This document shows positions 24,601 to 35,440 of a DNA stretch of 64,000 bases, piece after piece. The stretch lies in contig JAQFVV010000001.1 of assembly GCA_028023455.1 (NCBI GenBank), positions 4,030,001 to 4,094,000 on the forward strand, in the 5' to 3' direction. The notes beneath the pieces are model-generated. The model had not been told where the DNA came from and did no database searches. It saw only the letters and a program-made list of their open reading frames with translations. Position 1 is the stretch's first letter. Every line of letters starts with the position of its first letter. The DNA comes from Epiperipatus broadwayi (taxonomy: Eukaryota; Animalia; Onychophora). The position numbers and the translations under genes were made by a program.

Positions 24601-26434
24601 TGATACAGATATTTATATAGTGGCTTCTAAGTTAAGCCATGGTCAATTTATATTATTTGTTTAGTGATGTAATATTTAGTTCATTGTCCTAGATACAGTA
24701 ACTAATATTAACTTTAATTTGTCCCTTTTGTTTAAAACAGAATTATCATTCACTTTACTGGAGTTCATTCAAATCAAACCAGCATCCCAAATAAAATGTT
24801 TTCTTTTAAATTTAAAAATAAAAAATATTTTAAAACATTTCAAAGTAAAGATAATAGCACAATAATTTTACCATTTCTTAAAATAAAAATACATTTGTTT
24901 GTTTAACAAAAAGATTATTATATTTTTATATACTTTTAAAAACAATATCATTTTAAAATAAATGTGATTTTAAATTTACAATAATTCAAATATACATGCA
25001 CATAAATCATAAACATATATGTAATAAATAATTTGTCATTTATTTATCTAAATGCATTGTTTTTAAAATATGCAGATAGATGAAACATTACTGTAAAACC
25101 TTTCAAACTAACATCTTTAGATTTATGAATGTTTTTATAGTAAGATATTAAGTTTAGCACAGTAAATTATTTATTTTATTTTTTAAAAAAGGAAAGAAAA
25201 ATAAATCATTAATTATTACTTTGTATTTGGATGTATTTATAATAACTCCAAAATTAGGATAAATATCATTTGATGGTTTTAAATAATCAATAACATATAA
25301 AATCATGACAATATTATTTTAAATATAACAATGCCTACTTTAAATGTAACCCAGGATGGTGCAATATAAATAATTATAATAAAAATAATAAAGTATAATG
25401 TTGACTATAAATCACAGAAATATATTCATTTAATTTCTTAACTTTCTTCAACTGAAAACAATTTAAATTTAATGGAAGTCAATATGTTATATCTCAAGAT
25501 TAATGAATTTTAATATTTGAAACATAATACTTCTGCATTTTTTGTAGTTATTTATAAAATATATTATCACTGTTATACTTGATTATTTTTATTATAATTT
25601 TATTAAAATAATTATTTTATAATGGACATTTTATTATAGATTTAATGCTCCCATCTTGTAGAATATTTAATTCCAATGAGTTTGGTATTTATGTTTTACA
25701 AGATAAGTAAAAAGTTTGGTAAAATTATTAGTAATAATGTTTTATAGCATGCTCATAAGTATATATTTTTAAAGCATATACATACTTTTTTAGGAGTGTG
25801 AATAACTGATAGACATTATCATTGGGTACTTTATAATTGGCTTATATGCAATCCATTAGAAGCAACAATACAGTTTTCTGGATATTTCAATTCTTTTTTT
25901 AAGTCTGAAACATAATCAGTGATTGTTATAATTTATTTATAAATAATATGACTTTAGAGTTATTTTTTTATATATTAATCTCAAAATCATTTTCTTTAGT
26001 GTTATAATAGAAGATTGTTAAAAAGGGGAAACTGATAAGAGTATGAATTTAAAATAAAAACATTATCCATATAACCTTCTCTCGTAACCCCAAATATAAT
26101 CATGATGAAAGGAGGTCATGTTTATGTTTATAAAAAAATTAGGGAATTTTTATAGTTGAACAGCAATAAATTTTTCTCTTTCACAAAAGATTTTTAAAAG
26201 TATTCAAAAAACTTTATTTTTGATATTAAAATCTCATATATTGATCATAAGAAGATTTTGGATAATCTATGATAAAATACTAGAATCACAAATGATCTTA
26301 TATAATTATATATAATAGGTAAGTAAAAAAAATCATTAAGATACTTCTTTTCATTTAAAGTATTTTTCACAACTATGCTAGGTTTTTTAAAAAAAGTTGC
26401 AGGTTCTTAGTGAAACTTGTAGTATATTCTACAT

Positions 26435-27722
26435 TAATGGTTCCCAACCTGTGGCAAATTCTACCCCTGTGGTATATATCCTCCTGGAGGTACATGATGG
26501 ACTGTTTGGGGGTATGCGAAAACAGTATTGGTAATGGCAGAAAGCACACACACACACAAAAGAAATTAAAAGCATAAAAACAAAATTGTAAAGTTTTGGT
26601 TTACCAAGATGAACTTATATAAATGTGTCATTAAACCCTCCACGACTAGTCATATTACATGATTGCATATTTATCCTTCCTCTCTTCAAAATCTGTCACT
26701 GTGATAGAAAGTGATTCATTATTTTAGTGTTCAATTGAGCATTAAGTGAGTAATGTATATTAATATGTCTAGATTGTTTTTTATGACTGCTTACTTTGGA
26801 GTGTTTATCTATTATTTAATGATTTGAGTGACTTTTTATTATATTGTTTTGTGCCTCAGAATGAATAAGTGGTTGAAAACTGGAACTCTCAAGAGAGATG
26901 CAGTTATTATTGAAATTCAACCTGCTGAGTTGGTATCTGAAAGTGCTTTGAAGCAGCCTGATGATTTACAAGTGCAAGGAGACCAGGATGTAATAACTGA
27001 TAAATCTGTCCTTGAAGAGATAAAGTTAACACCATTAAAAAACTCAAAATATTAGTGTTCCACTAAAGAAGAGAAAATATTCAACAGAATGATATTGTCT
27101 AAAGTGAAATAATGAAGACAACTGGATTTTAAATTCATTCAATGAATTGTTTTTTTTAAATAAGCTTTAAAACTATCAGTTTCTAAAAATAAAAAAAATG
27201 AATGAACTTTTGACTGATTTTTCTTTACAATCTGATTTCCAAAAAGAGACATGTCATTGACTTCTGGGCAGTAGTGAAAAAATAATATCAGGAACTCCAT
27301 AATAAAGCAATAAAATGTTTATTACCTTTCAAGAACACAGAGTTTGTTAAAAGAGCATCCTCATAACTATAAATATCACAATAAACTTGATGCAGCTCCT
27401 GATTTGAGGCTATATCTGTCTTCATTTGAACCTGATTTTTTAAAAAACTAGGATCATAAAGCAATCTCAATGTTCATTTTAAAATTATAAGAGACATGTT
27501 GAATTAGTTAAAAGAAATTGTTAAATGTAAAATCAAAAATAAAAGCCAATAATTTTGGTTAGATTAATTTCAATCATTTATTATTTAGCTAACCTAAAAA
27601 TTTGAAAATATTTTTTGAGGATGGGTGGAGATAATGAAGAGAAGGAATATTAATCTATAGGTATATGAGAGGGAAAACCCTAATCAAGAGATATGCCAGA
27701 AAAAAAAGGTTAGAATCTGCTG
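26435..27722 (+). mobile_element. Internally deleted hAT transposon, Charlie/Buster group
   Basis: Left end TAATGGTTCCCAACCTG, right end AAAAGGTTAGAATCTGCTG; 8-bp TSD TTCTACAT/TTCTAGAT (26427-26434, 27723-27730; NTCTAGAN consensus). N-terminal MNKWLKTGTLKR (Buster-like) and C-terminal dimerisation-domain remnants DFWAVVK...AIKCLLPF and KYHNKLDAAPDLRLYLSSFEPDF (~27260-27445). Confidence 0.85.
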
Positions 27723-27739
27723 TTCTAGATGGCTAATGC

Positions 27740-28700
27740 TACATATAATTCTAAACCTAAAATTGTCAGAACCAGAAAAAGCATTATTAGAGTTGAACTA
27801 CCACAGAGGTGCTTGAATATTAATAAACCAATATATATATTCACAAGTATGCTTTTTATTGTCTTAAACCAGAAAAGGCGCAAGAGCAGTAGCATATCTC
27901 CAAAGTTTTTGAAGAATATAAGGTCTGAAGCCAAAGCATGGATGACAAAACTATTCAATAACACTATTTATTTACAAACCATAATAGAATTAACAACCAT
28001 TCAAAAAATATTACCTAATATTAGTATTATGTATTCCATATTAGATGTTTTAAGGAATCATATAACCAAAAATTACACCAATAATTGATTACTATTTACC
28101 TTTAGAAACAGCAGAATTTACACTAGGGCAGAAGTGTCTACATTACTTAAGTACATAAATTTGTTTTACAAAATCCCCTCTAATAGCAAAAATTTAAATA
28201 ATATAAAAATGTCATTATAGCTGATACAAACAGAAAAATTTATAGAATGGTTTTCTCTCATTCTATTTAATATATTCAACAATGATCTTAAAAAAAGAAT
28301 GCAATCAAACTATCTATGCATATATTATTGTTTTGGCTTCATAAAAAAAATCTGAATCAGACATTTTTCAAAAATTTAAATCTTATTTTTAATCCCACAA
28401 AAATAGTAGGCAAAGAAATATAAACTTATTATAATCTTTTAGAACAATAGACTGAAGTTCAATTCTATCTTTTTCTATGAAAAATTAACCTTGAACCATA
28501 ATCTGACTTATTTTTTTACATTTTTCAAAGATTAAAATAATTTTAGGAATAATCTCCATGGAAATTTGGCTGGCACTATTTGTGATTGTGAGAGGAAAGC
28601 TAGGCACTAATATAAAGCTAAAAGATAAAATCTACTAAAAAAGACATTGTTACTATTTAAAAACACTTCAATGAATTTAAATTAAAATCTGTAAACCATT
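27740..28700 (+). mobile_element. Decayed non-LTR RT fragment, Ingi/Vingi-like
   Basis: LKPEKA..ISPKFLKNIRSEAKAWMTKLFNN (~27865-27960), LSLILFNIFNNDL...YA(Y)IIVLA (~28255-28340), NNLHGNLAGT (~28550-28580, cf. RNNxLxKLAGTxWG). Confidence 0.55.
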
Positions 28701-28715
28701 TGAACATCTTAAACA

Positions 28716-28830
28716 TTTTTTTTTCCATATGTCATAGCATCGGCCAGGAGGCGAAACCCACAACTGTCTGCAACCAACTACTTGCTTTCAAGGCAGCTGC
28801 GATGACCTCTTGGCTAACAACACTTGACAA
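28716..28830 (-). mobile_element. Short tRNA-derived SINE / tRNA retropseudogene
   Basis: Minus strand: A box TAGCCAAGAGG, B box GGTTTCGCCTCC, A-rich tail; 10-bp TSD ATCTTAAACA (28706-28715, 28831-28840); homologous to 54483-54578. Confidence 0.75.
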
Positions 28831-28849
28831 ATCTTAAACAATTTGAATG

Positions 28850-29900
28850 AGGTCATTAAGAATTTAACTGATATTGCAATACTTCTGAAATAATTGGTAT
28901 CAGAGACTTGGTTTACCAAGTAAATTTTTAACAAGAGAAAGCAATATATGAAGGAAATAATCCATTTGAAAATATTTAAGAATGATCACTAGAATTGAAT
29001 ACTATATCTGGAATTCTGTAAAATGACATGAAAAAAATTAATGATGATATAAATATAACTATGAATTGGCAAGGAAAACAATAGAAGAAAATCAAAGTCT
29101 CAAAAGTATAAAACAGTGTCATGACATTAGAATAACAGTTGTTTCAACAATTACATATATATACACTAGAAAAAGGGGATAAATAAGTGGAAGAATTTTA
29201 CAAAGAACTCTATGCGTATAAAATACAATAGTAGGGACCTCCACAGGTATTTTAACCACAACTTATGCTATGGAAGAAAAGAGGGTTCTCCTCTTTTCTT
29301 CCATAGTGTAAGCTTGTGGTTAAAACACCTGTAGAGATTCCTACTATCGTATTTTATACGCATATTATCGAGGTTATAGCCTCAGTAAATATTACTTACA
29401 TAATCAATGTGCATTTAATAAATTTATAAAGAACTCTATGGTAAGAATGGAGGGGAAAAGGTAACTCATAAAATTGCAACAGTTTTTGAACTGCTAAGAA
29501 TTATAATAGATAAAGTGAAATATGCAATTAAATTTATAAAGAGAAAAGTGTCAGGTAATGGCAGAATTACTATTGATATCTTAAAAGAAGCAAGTAAAAG
29601 AATAGAGAAATTGTTCATAAAACTTTACATCCAAATCTAAGTGATAAAGATTTACAAGAGGATTGGAAAAATGCAGTAACGATATTGACATTTAATGAAG
29701 CTGAAAAAAAATGTCTTAATTTTTATCAGACTTCTACCAATTTTATGCAAAATTTTCACTAAGATATTTACAATTTATCAACAGTGAATTGTGGAGAACA
29801 AACTGGATTAAAAATAGTTTTAACACAGCAAATCACATTTAAATATTATAAGAAGTTATAGGGGAAAACAAAACATGACTATAAATGTGATTTGAAAACA
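28850..29900 (+). mobile_element. Decayed RTE-clade LINE fragment (interrupted at 29202-29440)
   Basis: KYNYELARKTIEENQSLKSIK, VEEFYKELY|GKNG across the insertion, KVSGNGRITIDILKEA, EDWKNAVTIL. Confidence 0.65.
29215..29427 (+). mobile_element. Retroposon insertion with 13-bp TSD and 5' fold-back duplication
   Basis: TSD AAAGAACTCTATG at 29202-29214 and 29428-29440; 29211-29285 is the reverse complement of 29290-29364. Confidence 0.85.
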
Positions 29901-30021
29901 AGTATAATGTATATATTGAATTTTATGGATGTCGGAAGGGTGGAGAAGATTGAAACCTGTCCATTAAAATATGAACATTTTCTATATTAATATAAATTGA
30001 GCATGACTATATATATATATA

Positions 30022-30193
30022 TGTGTGGGAGATGATAATCTGGACCAATTGTTGAATGCTAGTTCAGCAACAAATACATATATTGGAGATTATTTATCTT
30101 TTTCACATGTATGTGATCATGTGTGTTGGTTATATAAAATGAAATGAATAGATGAAGGGGACTTAAAAGTCGTCTGAGTTCAAATCTCTTCTA
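30022..30193. repeat. ~150-170-bp dispersed repeat next to (TA)n; other copies (opposite orientation) at ~12028-12110, ~38620-38768, ~39080-39245
   Basis: Shared TGTGG(G/A)AGATGAT...GGAGAT(T/A)ATT...CTG(A/T)GTTCAAAT(C/T)C; the 30-kb copy is flanked by the direct repeat CATGACTATA (30002-30011, 30200-30209). Could be a short solo LTR or a SINE. Confidence 0.7.
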
Positions 30194-30889
30194 ATTAAAC
30201 ATGACTATAAATTATCATTATGCTTTAGATTTGTAGTTTTTGAAGAGGCATTTGATTTTAAAAATATTTTTATAGTCAAGAAAACTTTGATAATGTCGTA
30301 TTCAAAGAACATTTATCAAAATGCAACAACAGTGACTAGACTAGATAGTGACACTGTAGATTAATATTGGTAAATGCAAAGAACAGATAATTCCATATTT
30401 CCAAAACATTTACAGAAGATATATGAGAAGTACTTTGAAGACTAAAATGGAAAACTAAAAAATTATTTAAATTATCTAGATTTTTTAAAAGAATGGTTGC
30501 TTTTGTAAGTAATGCTTTAGAGTTTCGGAAAATAGCACAAAAATTATCAAATGAAAGCGAGAAAGTATGAGTCAAGACAAATGTTAAAAAATTAAATAAT
30601 AATCAATAGTTTTTGCAGAAGAAGAAAATAAAGTTTGATAATTATGAATTAGAAGTTAAGAATTACAAATGCTTTGATCAAATTATTTATGCAAATTGAA
30701 ACATAAAATTAATTCTAAAATTAACCAAGAATGTAGTGCTTTTAATAAAAACAATCTAATATTTAAAAAAAAACTATATATTTGAAAAGGAAAGTTTTTA
30801 ATAAATAATATGTCTATCAGTTCTTACATTTAAGATGTAAATGCTTAACAAAAAAACAGCACGGGGATTTCAGATCACAAAATAAAGTA

Positions 30890-31165
30890 TGTAATATTTT
30901 AAACAGCATTAAACTGTTGCACATGCGCTTTAGATTTTAACTATAAAATGAATGAATACAAACACTTCAAACACATGATAAAAAGTCTTTGGAAAAGAAT
31001 GAATACAAACACTTCAAACACATGATAAAGTCTTTGGAAAAGATAGAATGGCCTTCTATCTTTTCCAAAGACTTTCTCATGTGTTTTAAGTGTTTGTATT
31101 CATTCATTTTATAGTTAAAATCTAAAGCGCATGTGCAACAGTTTAATGCTGTTTAAAATATTACA
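30890..31165. repeat. Near-perfect palindrome, 112-bp arms, 5-nt centre, with a 47-bp tandem duplication in the left arm
   Basis: Right arm 31054-31165 is the reverse complement of the left arm with 2 visible mismatches once the duplication (starts at 30950 and 30997) is removed; centre GAA-TGGCC-TTC. Confidence 0.95.
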
Positions 31166-31204
31166 GTTTGTAAAAAACATCGCGCTATATAAAATAATTG
31201 ACTT

Positions 31205-31566
31205 AAAATAAAGTATGGAAAAATGTATGTTGGGAATAAGAAAGAGAGATTAAAAACAAAACACACAAGTGATAGAACAAACAGATATCATTGACATCAT
31301 TGAAAGAATTAATAGATTGAAATGCAATTGAGTCATGTATATTGCTAGAAAATAGAACAATAGATCGATAGTTAAAATTTAATTTGAAACTGAATCCCAA
31401 AAGAATGTAAAAGACCCAGAAAGTGGTCACATGTGAGATAGATGAATAAAAAAGTTTGGTGGAATGAAATGGAGAATAGAAGCTTTGGATAAAAAAAATG
31501 GATTAATATTGGAAAAGCCTTTATCCCGCAATGTTTTGATAATGATTGAAAATGTTGATGATGATA
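31205..31566 (+). mobile_element. RTE-clade LINE 3' fragment
   Basis: SMEKCMLGIRKRD...IIERINRLK...IARK...IPKECKRPRK...KKFGGMKWRIEALDKKKWINIGKAFIPQC, then a GATAATGATTGAAAATGTTGATGATGAT tail matching that of the 43-46-kb element. Confidence 0.8.
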
Positions 31567-34479
31567 TTCGGAGTTATAAAATTCCAATTAGTCATGAGAT
31601 TATTCTAGAATAGAATAGTTAACATTTAAAATTAGCTCCTATAAAATTTTCTATTTCAGTATCATTTTTCATTTCTTTATATATTTTTAAAATATTGCGT
31701 AAAAAAAACTTATTTTTAAAAAAAGGTACTGTCTATATTTTATTCAATAATTTGTTTATTTCCTTTTAAGTATCAAAAAGTGTAATTATTTTTAGTAAAA
31801 TCTGTATTCAAACTGGTTTTAACCCTTAGCTATAAAAATAGATACTCATTTTTAAATTTACTGACTGAAGAGTAGAAACTTAAATTGCTTGAAATAGCCA
31901 TTAGCTTTGTTTGTTAACTTATGAATAATCTTAGGCAAACCATTCAGAGAAATTGATAGTATTATCATTCCGCTGGGTCTCTCAGCCATTAGCCTGCCCT
32001 AGGGCTTCTAATGATAGATGAATACTAAGAAACAACAAGTTATGCATAATTATTACTGAAAACTTCTTTTTTTATATAATTTAAAATATTTTTATTGTAA
32101 AGTTTAATTTTTAATAAAAATTTGTTAAGATCAGTTAACTTGAAAGCACTTAATATACATGTCGAATAAAAATAATATCACATGTTAAGTACAAATATTA
32201 TATACGTGAAGAGTTTTCTTTTAAACTACATTTAAATTTTGACAGTTATTTCTTGTGAAAACTTGTATTAGAATCATTCCAAACCACTGGACGACACGGA
32301 TTTCATTCATCAAGTAATATTTTAAGTGGTTTTTTTTTTTTAAATCCAAACAATTAACTTAAATTTTCGTAAATAGAAAAAAAACTTTTTGAATGAAAAT
32401 TACTGAATGTTTCTAACATTGAGTGGGCAGATAGAAATGGCAGACGTTTAGTTTTGATAATTTTAGTTTATTAAAGATTCAGGCTTAAGACTTTATATAT
32501 ATATAAGGGGAACTTATATGGTAAAACAGAATGAAGTTTATTCGGTTTTCAAATTATGCTTTGCAATTAAATATCGACATGCCATTTATATTACAAATGC
32601 AAACCAATATAGAAATATGGTACAAATATTTTAGTTTAATTAAAATACTAGAAAGCACATATAAGGACTAAATAAAATAATGGCAAGACTTGTCAGAATT
32701 ACATTTTTGCTATTATAAAGTGGAGAAATGGAAATACATAACATTTTTTTGTTCACCTACAGATAAAACCATAAAAAGATTATCTAGAATATCTAAAATT
32801 AAATTGACATCTGTTTCATAATTCTGTAATAAATAAAAAAATGTCAAGACATTGAAGGTACAAATGTAGTCAGTGATGTACTACATTTCATTTTCCCTTT
32901 AGTTTTTGCTTTTAAACACTGTGAAGTTTTTGAAACTATACTGGAATAAGATTCAGCATACTTATGACATTATGTATTTTTAAAGACATAGAAACTAGAT
33001 TTTTATATAATTTAAAAATAAATATGTCAAGAATGGACATAGATTTGAAATTTTACACCATTTATCTGTATTTAAATAAAATAACAATAGTTTTTTTTTA
33101 GCATTTTTTATTTATTTATGAAGTAATCTAAAAATGTAAATAGTTTGCAAAAATTGAACAGGTATTATGTGTAGTCCTTTGAAAAATAAAACTTTTTCCC
33201 ATAATATGAAATTGCTTTTTAAAAAGTTTTTACAAAGTAATCTCAAAATAAAATGTGTGTTTATACTTGTATGATAATAAAATACTTGGTTTACTGAACA
33301 TTTATGTATGTCATTAAAAAGTGAAACATATTCATGTAAGGAAACATTAGCTAAATTGTCTGTGCCCATAAAAAGCATTGTCAGATCACTAGAATAAACA
33401 CCTAGGAATTCATGGATTGAATACAAATTTTGAAGAAGATGATAGCCACATCCCTGAGTTATTAGAGCCTTATCTGGATAATGTATACTGTATCAGCAAT
33501 AAAACAGCAGTACCTTTGCATATTCAGACCAAATTAAATTCTTATCTCATCAATAATACAAAGGTGAATATAAACCATCAGCTAAATATATTTATGATTG
33601 ACAGGATGCAGGCTAAAATTTATTTTTTAAGTCGCACAAATTAAAATATACAGAGCGATCTTTATTGGAATTCTGCACTTTTAAACTCCTTGGGCTAAAT
33701 ATTTTCAACATAAACAGTTCATACATAGGCAAAATGTATATATGCAATCAATATCACAAGTTTTCTTACTAAATACTTAACGTTAAATCCAGAAAATATA
33801 TTATTATATTAAATAATTCATTTTTAAAATAAATTCCTAACAAGTTTCTTGGCATTTTAATTATCTCCTTTTAAAGAGATTATGCAATTGCTTATATTGT
33901 TTGATAAATTCAATGTTGGTTCGTCATTAATATTTTCTAACACAATAGGTTCTAATTACGTGTAAATTACTCATAACCAATTTACATGTAATGCCACAAA
34001 CACATTTTTATTTTATAGATAAATAAGCTTACATTTAATAATTTAATTGATTTGATCAAAACAATGCAATTATAAGGTAAGAGTATTAAAAAATAATTTA
34101 GACATTTAATTTATTGATTATATATACTTTGCACTACTTGAAATTAATCTTCTCACTTTAACAACTTTGGGTTATTGTTTCAAAAATTAATATAATTTAC
34201 TCTGCTCATTTATTTAAATGATTAGATTCAAAAATAGCAGGACAGTATTCACTATTATAACAATCATTATTAAAATATTGGACAATAACTATTAGAACTC
34301 AAACATATGCACCAAAAAGTCATTGATAATATATCACAGACAGTAGTATGTGGTGGTGTTAATGAAGAAAGTAACAAATAAATAGCATAGAAACAAGTAC
34401 AAATAGTAAAATATAATTTATCACTCATTTTAACCAAATATTGGAAGCTATATACAATTACTAAAAATGTAGAGATTGG

Positions 34480-35095
34480 AGCAAATCTACAATGTAGTCA
34501 TAAAAACTTTATATGCCACAGACCACAGATTACAAAACAGCATTCTAATTGACCAAGAAATTAAAATATAAAAAAGTCTCCTCTTGATATATTTTTTTAA
34601 AAAAAAAAAACGAATATTTCTGCAAACTTATCACAATTTATTTTTAACCTCTTATATAAGACTGTTTTTAATGTTAAATTATGTCTCAATTGCAAATCCG
34701 TGATTTGGAATAGAATACCGATTGTCAATGGTTGCAAAGTAATTCAGGGCAGATGTCAGAACAATGGTATAAAGTACAGGATAATATCTTGAAATATAAA
34801 ATCCAAGCTGGAAGTGATGAATGGAGAGTGGCGATCCCAAAAACCATGAGTAATCATTTGATAAAGTATGCTTACTGCCTATATGGTCATTATGGTACCC
34901 ATAAAACTAAGCAATTATTGCATAAATGATTTATTAGCCTAATATGCATAGCAATATGATATTGGTTTGAAAAAAATATGTCATATATCAGTGTGCCATG
35001 ACTAGCAACAAGAATTATACTGTTTCATTAAATCCTATGATTCCTAAACAACCTAAAGAAATGATGGCTATAGATTTTTATGGTCTCTTGCTTCT
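34480..35095 (+). mobile_element. Gypsy pol relic (RNase H end and integrase zinc-finger/core start)
   Basis: TDHR (~34520), WRVAIP...LYGHYGTHKT (34732-34929 ORF), IPKQPKEMMAIDFYG (35040-35085). Confidence 0.7.
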
Positions 35096-35212
35096 TTACT
35101 TCTTTGAAATGTTACTTCTTTTACAAGCTGACTTTCTCAGCATCTAACAAATATGATTATTATTTTATTGTTTGCAATTATTCAACACTCTTTCTCTTAA
35201 AATAATGTGGAC

Positions 35213-35440
35213 AGAAATATTATTCATTTATTTGTAAGATGACCAAACAAGATGTAAGAGACTCTCCTCAAACCCATTGAAAAGATATTGCATATATTAT
35301 ATTAAATAATAACAGATATTTACTTAGAAATATTATTCATTTATTTGTAAGATGACCAAACAAGATGTAAGAGACTATTCTCAAAGCCATTGAAAAGATA
35401 TTGCACATATTATACTAAATAATAACAGATATTTACTTAG
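35213..35440. repeat. Tandem duplication, 2 x ~114 bp
   Basis: AGAAATATTATTCATTTATTTGTAAGATGACCAAACAAGATGTAAGAGACT...ACAGATATTTACTTAG starts at 35213 and again at 35326. Confidence 0.95.

Noticed and set aside
30330-30800. Possible hAT transposase remnant (RFLKEW…, KKKIKFDNYE)
   Set aside because: Only weak, low-complexity resemblance; no termini.
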